Source: Harriotta raleighana
Lineage: Eukaryota
NCBI GenBank assembly: GCA_050575255.1
Contig: JBNZDD010013678.1
Coordinates: 4,048,690 to 4,112,689, forward strand
Length of the DNA: 64,000 nucleotides
Direction of reading: 5' to 3'
In this document: positions 12,090 to 23,567 of the stretch, piece after piece
How positions within the stretch are numbered: position 1 is the first letter of the stretch
How the letters are laid out: each line of letters starts with the position of its first letter
Made by a program: the position numbers and the translations under genes
Notes under the pieces: model-generated
What the model saw: the letters and a program-made list of their open reading frames with translations, nothing else
What the model was told of the DNA's origin: nothing
The model's database searches: none

Positions 12090-14609
12090 AGAGACTTCTG
12101 CAGCGACAATACTGATATGAGAAGGTGAAAACTGTGCCTTTGGGCATTGTTTAATGCTTTTTACCACTGCCACCCCACCACACCAACACACAAATTGCTA
12201 ACCCCACCACCACTTTTCTATTAAAATCCTGAGCCTTTCAGGGAGTCAATCCGCCACTGCCCCAGTCTGAAAATAATCTGCTTCATGCCACTTCCAATGG
12301 TTAACAATGTAGACAGATGTGGTAGTCACATTGTTCTTTTCAGAAAGTTTCAGCTAAGTTAGCATCAATGGATAACCAAATCCCACTGATGCTATTGGCG
12401 GAGAGAAGACCTTGATGGCTGTTAAGCGTCTGCATTCCTCGAAAGAATTTCACCTGGCACAGCTCAATAGTTGCATCACAGTCTATCTGCTAATGGTAAT
12501 GATGTATATTACAGTGTGTTTTATGCTGAAACAGGGGAACCTTGACATGATTAAAGCATTGAGCTACACCGAGTTCATTATTGTAAAGTGCTTAGAATGG
12601 GTATAGAATGCAGAACTGCCATTTATTTTACCCACAATAATTTATTAAGGACTGACCTTCACCTCAAATTCAAAATGTATTTCAATATTACTCTTTGAAG
12701 TGTAAATGTAACACTAATTACAGAAGTTTAATGTAACACAGAGCCCTCCAAATGCAGGCAGATTCCTTTTGAAATCCAACATCTGGTTCATTAAAAAAAA
12801 ATTGTTGGAAACATTGAGAGCATTGTATCCCATGTATCTATCTATCATGGACACTTATAGAAAAAAGCATTGTACTCTCTTAAATAGACCTTTGCTTAGT
12901 TATTAGCAAACTTCTAAAAGACCTTTTGAAAAAAAATGGTTCACGAGCCTCTAAGCATTTTCAAACTATTCCGATTAAATTGCAGCCTTCCCCCCAGTTG
13001 AATATGAATGTGGTGTTTTAGGAGTTACTGCATTAAAATATCTCTTACAAACATCTTTATCATTTTATTAAGTATAATTAAACTGGAAGCATTGAAGGAT
13101 GTGTCGAGTTTTCAGGGTGCTTTTTACTTGTGACACAGAAAACATTTATCCTCTTGCTGTTGCGCAGAAAATGTAATGCTTTGAATGAAGTCATTTTGTG
13201 GCTTCTCATTACCAGACAAGCTCAATAGTTTTCATCAAAACCATATGGACTTACCTGCAAAGAGCTCTGAAACAGCTGTGCATTTTAATTGATTTATTGA
13301 AATGAATTTGAGAGAAAGCAGATGAACAAAAAAAAACAAGACAATAGATGCTGATGCAAATGAAATGGATGAAGAATGGCTTTTGGAAGACATCAAGTGG
13401 AAATGGGCATATCATATGTCTAGATCATTGTTCAGCTTTCAGTCATTTCAACTTCACCTGCTCTTTCTGCAGATGTATGGTGCAGTGATTGGTGTGAGTC
13501 ACTAACTATTCATATCAGGTTGTTTTTCTTAAGAGCATCATTTTCACTTGTGGGAAGATACACCATTTTTTGTTCAGCTACAGAAGGGGGAATATATACA
13601 CAAGCGAATCATTCTTCCAACCATTCATTCATTCATCTGTCTGCGTTTATCTTTTGCAATTGCACTGCAACCTGCATCTTGCTTTATAACGTTGATGCAA
13701 TTAAACGTGTGCAGAATATGAATGAGGTGAGCTCTGATGCTTATTCAAGCACGGGATGTTGACTATATGGCAGGGCAGTCATGCGGCTCCAGAATTTGGG
13801 AACGAGCGTAATGTGTCCCCAGTAAATGGGATCCTCATTTTACATGTCTGGACAGGGTGCACACAGAATGATTAGAAGCAGAAACCCATTGACATGTCGT
13901 CTCTGATCATCACAATAATTCAGTAAATCAAAAGACTCAGCAGGTCTCTGGTTGAAAACCTCAAGATTATTTATGGGGATATTTTTGGGGGGAATGAGCT
14001 GTTTTGGTAAAGCTGTTTTGCAACGGGTAATATATATTTTTAAAAACACAGTGCTTTGTTGTTCTGAAACGAAGCTAGAATACATTTGTTTACCCCCTTC
14101 TTTCCCCCCTCTCTCCCCACCACTCCACTCTGCACCCCAGGGTAACAGAATATTATCGACTTACAGAGCAATAATTTGAACCTTAATTTAAAGGCCATAC
14201 ATGTCAAAATAAGTTGTGTTTCAGTACAGAAAACATTCATTTTATTGTTTTTCCTTTCAGGGGAAGGGGCACGTGGCATCTGCGATTGCCATCCATTTTA
14301 CTTTTTTTTTCTTTGCATCATTTTCAGTTCCACCAGCTTCAAAAGGTGTCGCTTTTGTGGTGTAAAAAAAATTACATTTGTCCCAGCCCAAGCCTTCTTT
14401 GCCATTGTTAAGCAATTGCAGAAATTCCCGGATCACGTTGTTTCGCAAGTGAGTCATTTCAAAGATCTCCGCAAGTTTCTTTTAAAAAGACGTGACAAGT
14501 CTTTACCAAATTCATAAGCAATGCCACAGCTAGATCCAGTGTGATAAGTATCCTTCTATATCAGAGCTTGGGATCTATCTTAATAATAATAATAGTTACA
14601 TTTGGTAAT

Positions 14610-15170
14610 GCGTCTTGGCCTTCCCAATTCCTCCCTCCAAAGGCTACAAATAATCCAGAACTCTGCGGCCCGTGTCCTCTACCATTCCAAACTCCATGAT
14701 CACATCTCCCCCATCCTTGCCCGACTCCATTAACTCCCTATCATCCAGAGGATCCAATTCAAGATCCTGATCCTCACATTTAAAGCCCTCCACAACTTCG
14801 CCCCACCCTACATCCATGCCCTCCTATCCCCTTTATCAACTTGCCCGTCCCCTCTGCTCAGCAAGCTCTGGCCTGCTCCACATCCCCCAAACCACCCGCC
14901 AGCCATTGGTGGGCAGGCCTTCAGCCACCCACTGCCCCCAAACGCTGGAATTCCATCCTGAAGTCCCTCCTCCTCGCCCCCTCCCAAGCCTCCTTCAAGT
15001 CTCGCCTCAAGACTCTTCTTTTCGATGGATCCATTGGCAACTCCTCCTCCCCCCCCCCACCTCCACCCACCCTTTCCTGAGCTCGGGTCTGAATCAATAA
15101 CTGTCCAGCAACTTGGGACATCCTCCTGATGTGAAAGAAGCTTTACAAATGTAATTTTGTTGTTATTGTT
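14610..15170 (+). mobile_element. L2 LINE 3' part (ORF2 C-terminus and tail)
   Basis: Translates as LQIIQNSAARVLYHSKLHDHISPILARLH*LPIIQRIQFKILILTFKALHN, and later WNSI...SFKSRLKTLLF; (TTG)n tail. Confidence 0.93.
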
Positions 15171-16512
15171 GGAACAGTCGCTAGAACCAAGGATTCATCC
15201 TGCTCAGCTCCTGTTATCTCTGAAAGGCAGAGTCCTAAGGGTAGGTGATGGTAGCTGGATAAGCAATGAAAAGCTTGCCAGACAATGCTTGCTTATCTTA
15301 TTAAACTCCAACAGTACAACAACGCACACTCAGGGAATCCCAAGCCTTGCCTCTTGCCAACCTGCCCTTAAAATTTTCCAAAATTATACAAGAAGAGTGC
15401 ATCCTTCGAGGGAGAGACTGGGCATTCCATTCCAGATAAGGGACAGTTCTATGTGTAGGTGACATACATGTGTGGTAACTCTCAGTCCTGTTTGAATACT
15501 CTTAAACATTGTGATGGGTTTCCAGTGTGATTATGTCAGACACCCAACTGACAAAAACAATTGCCACAATTGACTCAGAAGGTGGTTTTCTCTGGGAAGG
15601 GCTCTGGGACTCTATCCTGAGTGAGTGGTGCTATGTAAAGGCAAGTTGTTGTTGTATTCAGCTGGCAGTTGGCCGGTACTATTTGGTGTTGTTTTTTTCT
15701 TAGCCTTGCAATAAATACAAATGGTGTTCTTTTTCATAATAGACCTTGTTACACAGTTCACAAGTGATGACCAGGGCTGGGAAACTGGCTGGGCTGAACA
15801 AGAGCCAAGTCTAATCGATCTTACTTAGCATTACAGTCATTTTAATCAATCCTGGAACATTACATGGAACAATCAAACAGAAGTTTTCTAGCGAGCAATG
15901 AGAGACTGCAATGCCATTCATCAGTCGGCTCCAAGAGCTTAAGAGAGAAGCACTGCAAGTCTGAAGTTTAGAAGCTTATGTTTCAGTTTAAGGTTAAAAC
16001 AAATTCTATTGCATAATGCCCAAGTGACCATTACCACTACATTTTCAACAGATGAGCAAAATGTACAGCTGTTTGAATGTGACGACTTACAGATTGCCGA
16101 TCGATATATTAATGAATTCTCCTCTGTACCTACAGATTTAATCAGAGGTGCCTGTCTGTCAGGCTGGGGAAAGTCTCTATTAGTTCCTGGTAAAGTTAAT
16201 TGTCAATGAAAAATGCATCCAGTTCACTTGTTTAATTACAACCATCTGTCCTAGGGCAACTGACAGTATGGAAGCATCCTCCAGTTAAAATACTGTAGAA
16301 TAACCAATAACAACAATTTATATTTATGAGTGGTTTTCAAGTCGGGAAGATGTCTCAAAAAGCTTCACAAAGGTATTGCAAAAACTCTTCCTCTGATAGT
16401 CCAGTGTAATTATGAACTGCACAGACCAGGAAGGACCTATGATGAAGCATTAGTTAGCTGATCTCAGTCCTAACATCACCAACTCCAGTCGAAAGTAAGT
16501 AGAAACTGAGTA

Positions 16513-16908
16513 CAACAACAACAAAATTACATTGTAGAGTGCCTTTCATGTCAGGAGATCGTCCCAAGCTGCTGGATAGTCATTGTTTCAGACCCAAGCT
16601 GGGGTCGGGGATGGGAAGGGTGGAAGGAAAGGTAGGGATTTGGGATGGCCGATGTGACCGTCAAAGAGGAAGGTCTTGAGGCAGGACTCGAAGGAGGCCA
16701 GTGAGAAGGCGAGGCAGAGGGATTGCGGGATGGAGTTCCAGAGGTTGGGGACAGAGGGGCTGAAGGCTCGCCCGCCAATGGTGGGGCGGGTGGGTCGGAG
16801 GACGTGGAGCAGGCAGAGCCTACTGATTGGAGGGGGCGGGCTGGGTGGTAGGGGTTTAGGAGGTCACAGATGTAGGGTCTGGCGAGCCAGTGGATAGCTT
16901 TGAATGTG
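16513..16908 (-). mobile_element. L2 LINE 3' end
   Basis: Reverse complement matches 44150-44536 (GGRAFS...LWNSIP, SFESCLKTFLF); (CAA)n end on the + strand. Confidence 0.9.
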
Positions 16909-17160
16909 ATTTGGGAGCATTCTTAATGCTTGGTAATATATGGTTGGGTTCTCCCCCAACCACCTCCCTCGTAGTTAAGTAGCTTGTCATCCATCACATC
17001 TATTGTAATATCTACCACTTGATTTGTGCTGGAAAGTTTCTGAAGAAAATATACTACACTCCAGTATGACTCACTCTCTACAAGACAGGAGCATTGCGAA
17101 GTGGAAAAGAAAATGTGGAACTTGAAAAGGTTATTCTGAAAACCAATTCCTTCTACTACT

Positions 17161-17481
17161 AATAATAATCCTTGCATTTCATATGGGGCTTTTCACATCT
17201 TATCAACATCTTAAAGCACTTTGCAGAATACACTGTAAATTGAATTAACTGTATATTTGTGGGTGAAATGCGGCAGCCAATTCCGCAGAGCAGTGTCCCA
17301 CAAATAGTTTTGGACTGAAATGACCAATTTTTCTTATTGTGTTTTTTGCGGGAGGGATTATTATTGGGCATGTGGAGTAAGGAAACTTGCCCAAGGTTTC
17401 ACCCTGATCTGCCTGGATTCGAACACAGGTCTCATGCTTGTAAGGCGAGTACTCTAACCAATGAGCCACAGGAGCTCCACA
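17161..17481 (-). mobile_element. Full-length tRNA-derived SINE, subfamily A
   Basis: Closely matches 578-911, including the shared ccctgatctgcctggattcgaacacaggtctcatgcttgtaagg. Confidence 0.92.
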
Positions 17482-18327
17482 TACGATGTACAAATTGCAC
17501 TGACACATTCATATCTTTAATCTCTTGAAAATATTGAAAGAACACAGGCAAAGCATATAAGATAAAACTCAAGGATTTTTAATACCTTTCCTCATCCAAA
17601 AAGTGCTAGAGAAAAACTTCTAGGATATCAAGCTAATATTTGAAGCCATTGTCATTCAACCCAGAAACAGATTGTACTTTGACATTCTCACTAAGTTCTT
17701 TCACAATCCGGAGGATATGATCACTTAGACCTAAACCTTACTTGCAGCCTTCAGTTCTGTACTAAACTGAACAAACATCCAATTTCTTTCCAAAAGGAGT
17801 TAACAGAGGGAATGGTTCCAGTGAGTACAAAAATATGTCCTTGTTGTTGCCATTTTCCATTTGCTCTGATCAGAAGGCTGCAAAGAAATTGAGCATTTGC
17901 TTCACAGCCTTGATAGAAACTACTTTGGTGCTTCATGGAAGTCATCCAACCCGAATGTGTTTGCTGTGACATTAGCAGGGTATTTGTGCTGCGGTGCCAA
18001 AACAATCTTCTGACCAGATGTTTTTGTAACATGATTTACTTTTATGTGAAGCTGTTAAATGGGGTTTCATTGTCTCAGCCACTTATATGCAAATTCAGAT
18101 TAATGCCCTTTTTTTAAGGTCCCAAGTGTTTACGCATAACCGGGCTTTTCCATGGGTACCATATGTGTAGCTATCATTAACAGTGAACTGACTTTAAAAC
18201 TAACAGATTGTAAGAGATTGCGACCTATTTGTAACCATTCTGTAAATGGCTTCAGGTACCACCATAATGACAGGCCTGAAACTGTGCTAAACTTTCCATT
18301 CTTCATTTTTTATTGGTGAGGATTTGA

Positions 18328-18346
18328 CTACCACAAGAGGGCGCCT
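18328..18346 (+). promoter_or_regulatory. Candidate CTCF site
   Basis: CCACAAGAGGGCGCC at 18331-18345 matches the CTCF core CCACNAGRKGGCGC; lies in unique sequence. Confidence 0.5.
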
Positions 18347-20388
18347 TCCTATATTTATTGGATAGATATGTCAATGTCCTACCCTAAGTTTCACGATGCT
18401 AAGCCGGTGAAACCTGACCTGAGATATTTTAAAAATTTGATTTACATATCACATTACCAGAAGAGGCAGCCAGCCAACTAAATCACAAAGAGAAGTCCAT
18501 CCTAAATCTTACCGCTCTATGGACTGAGCCAAGGAAACAACTGTGTTAATATGGAAGGGTGGGCCAATTTGGCAACAGCATCACAAGGCTTTCCACTTAA
18601 TGTTACTTTACTCTGAAACATGAAAAACATCTCAAACAAACATGGCGCTGCAGTGCAAGTGTCAAGTCTCATAATCCATATAGGATTAACTAGTCATCAC
18701 AAGAGATCCTTCCTGGGTCTGGTAATTCAAATGAATGCTTGTGTTATACACAGTGCGACGTCAGTCACGTCTAAGGCCTGGACACAAACACATTTTACAC
18801 GAGCTCACAAATATCCCTTGTTTGAGAATGCATGAAGATATGTATTCATTCTATTTATACTGACACATAATTCCATACAAACGCAGTGAACTGAATCCCA
18901 CATGCTGAATATCCATAGTCCGGTGTTTATTTCCTTACGAATAGTTGATGTATTCAAGGAATATAAGCGTAACATTTGATTTTACGAGTTGAAAACAGAC
19001 ATGGAAGAAATTAATTTTCAAGTATAATATTTATGTGTTTATAACATTCAGTACTGTGTAAAACCTCACAATATATACAGTATTAAAGGAGCGCTGTCAT
19101 CTTGACCAAGGTTACAAGGTTTGCAAAGATAAGTGTACGCATATTGCTGGAAGTCATTCCATTGCCACAATCAACTCAACTCAGTTACATTCATTCCTAA
19201 GCATACAAATGGATTGTTATTACCTTTCACACTTCTTTTCGTTATAAAATGGATGCTGTTGTCGGTACTGGAGTGACGAATTCTAGTGAAGAAGAACAGA
19301 GTATTCCACTGAATTGTCCCATTAACCTTGTTGCTGTGGAGGAAGTTACCTGAACGTTTATTGCCATCTCGCAATCACTTATTTTTTCACCCTTTTATGT
19401 CTGACTAATGCTGCTTAATGACAGCCTGGAAGCGGATGAGTAGAGCACTCCTTCCTGTACCATCATGAAGACTCTTAACTTGACACTTTGTCAGTCTTTT
19501 GAAGTCTTAGGCACCAAGAAAGTTGTATAAAGTGTTAACTCATGATTAACAGCACAGTGGTTAATTTGCTTTAGATATCATTAAATTGTGTTGATAAATA
19601 GTACTGATTACTAAATATAGCCATTATTTAATTGCTTGTTTATAATCAGATTTATTGTTAAAATAGTTATTTTAAAAATTAGAACAGCTTTATTTTAAAG
19701 ATCAGCACATGCTCGAATTATCATGAAGTTTAAGTGACATTAAAAAAAGGGAATTGTGATTTAGACTTCATTCTCTCTTTGCTGGTTTATATGATTCAGT
19801 AGTATTTACCCATTTAAGCCAAGGCAGGAAAAGCGTTCCAATTTTATACAATACTGGGGATATACACTAGCTCATTATGACCAAAACAGTCTGGATTGCT
19901 ACTGTTTGTAAGAGATGATAAATATGTATCAAAATAGCCTGATAAGAATAAGTTAATTGGGTGATTGGGAGAAATTCCAGCCCAGTCTAAATTTAGATTT
20001 ATCCTTTGTATGTAGTATGTAGATTTTAGCAATATACTGTAATTCTTAAATATATCCTTCATTTGAAGCTCATTTTCTGTACATTCTTTTAAGAACTGCA
20101 GAAACAACAGACTGTACTTCAAAGTTAAGACTGAATTCCTATGTATTTTGCTAATAAATCTTGCTTCCAGTTTGCTTCTTGTTAAATGTATCTGTGTTCC
20201 TCTTATATTCTTCTTGAATCTCCAGGTGAATTTTCTGCCTGATTCCTCTTCCCTCCTACAACTATATGTGAACATTGATGATTATAAGAAATGTATGTTT
20301 TGGTCTTTTAATTTACAAATTATAAAACAGTCTAGATTAATTATTTTTAGATTGAGAACATAAAATGAGAATGTTCCTGTAAAACCTT

Positions 20389-20670
20389 ATCAATAAATCC
20401 AAATTACATTTATATAGTGCCTTTCACGTTGGGAGGATGTCCCAAGGAGCTGCACAGTCAAGTAGGGATCAGAGCGAGGGGTGGGGGAGAGGGGTCGGGG
20501 GAAGGAAAGTAGGAAAAAAGTGACTGAATATTTGTGAGCGAAACGCGGGGCACAGCAGTGTCCCACAAACAGTCATGGAAGTGGGGTTAGGGGAGAAAAG
20601 GGGAAAAGATGGCAAGGGAAGGGGTCGGTGTAGGGGGAAAGAGAGAAGGAAAAACTAACTGTATATTTGT
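20389..20670 (-). mobile_element. Chimeric modular SINE-like element, family C
   Basis: Colinear with 60307-60604: repeated SINE body segment, pyrimidine blocks and an L2 tail. Confidence 0.85.
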
Positions 20671-22283
20671 AGCCTAGTATCCAACATCTATTTGGTGCAT
20701 CCGATTCACTGTCAGGCCTAAGATTCTACATGAAAATGTATACCACATTGCCCTATCTATTAATAACTAATGCTATGAAATACTGTGCTGCTAATAATTG
20801 GATGAGTTAATTTGCAGAGAATCTAAATGCTTCAGATTTCATAGGCCAAGTTACTCTGCAATCCCAATTTTTTTAAATCTCCAATGAAATATTAGTGAAT
20901 TGTCAATCTTTTAACTACACTTAAAGGCAATTGATTGCCATCCTCCAACTCGTACAGCTATACCGAGGTCTAAAATGCAAGGATTTCAAATAGAATTTCT
21001 AAATAAGGACACCAATTTACAATTGGGCAAAGCTTGAGGTAACTGGAAGTGTGATAAAGAGACTTGTAGAAAATCTGTGCTAAACTACTTCTGAAGCAAA
21101 GTTTCTGCATGTTTGTGACATACCCCTGAGAAAGTGTACTGGTTCAGGTTTTGAGAAGTTGGTAGAGCATTCACCAGAACCAACTCATAACCCTCAAAAA
21201 AGCTTTTGCTCACTGACAGAGAAACAGCCCAATTCCCTACAGGTTGGGAATGCATTCAGAGGAACATGCTGTGCTTGTAATGACCCTTTAGCAAAGAAGT
21301 TGTGTTTACATCTGGAAAGGTACGATGGAAGGAGCTGTTCATAAGAAACTAGGGCTTTTAATTTACAAATTATGCAACGGTATAGTTATTTTTTAAATTG
21401 ACAACATGCAAATGAGAATGTTCCTGTATAATTTTTGATTTAGCCTTGTATGTTCAGTAACTCATAGCCTGGAATTTTTACATTATACCATATCTGCACA
21501 TTTATGAATTACAACTAGTATTAGTAGGCCTCCCTCTATATTTCCCTAATAATGTTTCTGCTGATGCAGTATGATCAATGCAGTGAAGAGGTGTTTATTG
21601 TAATTTTTGTGGTTACTTTAAACTAAGGCATGTCTGAATTATGGCAGTCGTAAACAAATCTCCTCCGCATTTCTTCCCAAGTGACAGTTTTATGGGTTCT
21701 ATTTTCTGCTGGGTTGCCACATGAACAGCTTGTGGCTGCAGCTCATATGCTGCCTATACAGATTTATAGAGAATGTGGGATTGCATATTCAGCCTGTGCC
21801 ATCCTTTTCCTACTAATTGACAGCTCTCAGTTTTTTATGGACTATACTGTTCAGTCACAGTCGATCTATCCCTATCTTGCTTTCTATCTCTTATTTTTCT
21901 CTTTACATTGACTTAAAATAATTCACATTCTAAATCTTTTGCAGTATCTTTACTACATTTAGTTACTCTTCTTCAATAAAGACTGCAACCTCAATTTGTT
22001 ATTTGTTGTTGTAACTGTGAGGATGATAATGGAAATACAGTTCAGGTGTTCAAATAGAGTTTTAAGGTGTAAGAGAAGAAATTCATGTTTTATAGGAGCT
22101 GCTGAACTCCAAAGCTGCCTTTAATGGGCTCTTTCACTTATGTTTATTATCACATGTAATTGAAATGTTGGTGTAAAATTGTATTCAATTATCGGTGCTC
22201 AATCTCAATCTCATGTCTTTCTGCCCTGGGGATTTTTGGTTGGATTGGAGTAATATCTGTGACAGTACCTTATACCCTTTCTG

Positions 22284-22724
22284 ACAATACATTGTATTTA
22301 TATAGCACTTCACAGGATCTACTGTGAAATGAAGTGACTGTGTATTTGTAGGCAAACCCCATAGNCATTGGATCTACTGTGAAATGAAGTGACTGTGTAT
22401 TTGTAGGCAAACCCCATAGCACATTTGTGCACAGCAAAGTTCCACAAACAGCCATAAACAAGTGATTAATATTTGGATGAGGAGGGGATTGTTGGCCAGA
22501 TCCATTCACTTTTCCAATAATGCCATGGATCTTTAACATCCACCAGAACAGGCAGATAGGAACTTCGGTTTAACATATCACCAGAAGGACGTCACCTCCA
22601 ACAATACAACATCCCTCAGTGCTGTATTGGAGCATTACCTTAGACTATGAATTAAAGTCCCAACATGTTATTTAAATCCTCAAATTTCTGATTTGAGGCA
22701 AGATTGCTACTACTGAGCCAAGCT
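22284..22724 (-). mobile_element. Deu-domain SINE (SacSINE1/AmnSINE1-like), near full length
   Basis: Minus strand: tRNA-like head GGCTCAGTAGTAGCAATC, then ACTGAGGGATGTTGTATTGTTGGAGGTGAC...GTTAAACCGAAG...GGTGGATGTTAAAGATCCATGGCATTATT, and a 3' tail resembling the other SINEs. Confidence 0.8.
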
Positions 22725-23339
22725 CACACACACATAACGATACATAGAGAGGGGGCAAGGCAAAAGAGCAGAGAGAAGGAATTCAAAAAGTTGTAGAGTA
22801 AGGTTGTTGAATGCTTGTTCACCAATGGTGGGGCTACTTCCAAGCTGTGTAACTGCAATCCAATGAAAGTAAGTCTCATTTTATATTGAAAAGGCCTTTT
22901 TCTTTGGAACTTGTGAAGCACAACTCAGCACCAATATGTTAATGGTAATGACCAACATGAAAATCAGTTTTGGCCATGCCTCTAAATATCAGTGTGATAA
23001 CATTATGACTAGCATCAAAGAATAATTGATCTCATGTGGAATGGAAATTTAAAGGACTATTTTGAATTTGGACATGGTACAAAGTGCAAACCAAAGGCAG
23101 TAAACTAAGTGAATGTCTGTCCCTGATTAGTAAAACCCAAACATTTTTTGACCCTGGATTTTATGTGAATTGCTTCATGGCCCCAACAGCTGCATTTCCT
23201 TTAGAAGTTGTAGGACCTTGCTATTAGCAGAATAAATCATACAACTTTGAAGCAGTTACAATGCGAATCACAAAGAAAATGAAATTCTCACCTCAGCAGT
23301 GCAAGGACCATTAGGTGAGTGGCCAGCAGTCATTTGCAG

Positions 23340-23567
23340 TGTCAGTGTCTGCCTGCCTCAGTGGTAGCACTCTAACCTCCGAGTCAGAAGGTTGTGAGTT
23401 CAAACCCCATGTTGGGACTTGAACTTCCATAGCCCAAGCCAACACTCCAATCCAGCGCTGGACAATGCTACATTATTGGAGATAGCATTCTTTGTATGAG
23501 ACTTGAAACCAAGGTCCCATTTGTCTAATCAGGTGGACATCAAAGATCCCACAGCATTATTCAAGCA
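23340..23567 (+). mobile_element. Deu-domain SINE 5' part
   Basis: ctcagtggtagcactctaacctccgagtcagaaggttgtgagttcaaacccc...caggtggacatcaaagatcccacagcattatt. Confidence 0.8.

Noticed and set aside
19844-20275. Longest ORF (143 aa)
   Set aside because: AT-rich, no recognisable domain and no convincing donor site
22315-22419. Perfect 50-bp tandem duplication
   Set aside because: The copies flank a single N (22365), typical of an unmerged contig overlap: an assembly artefact
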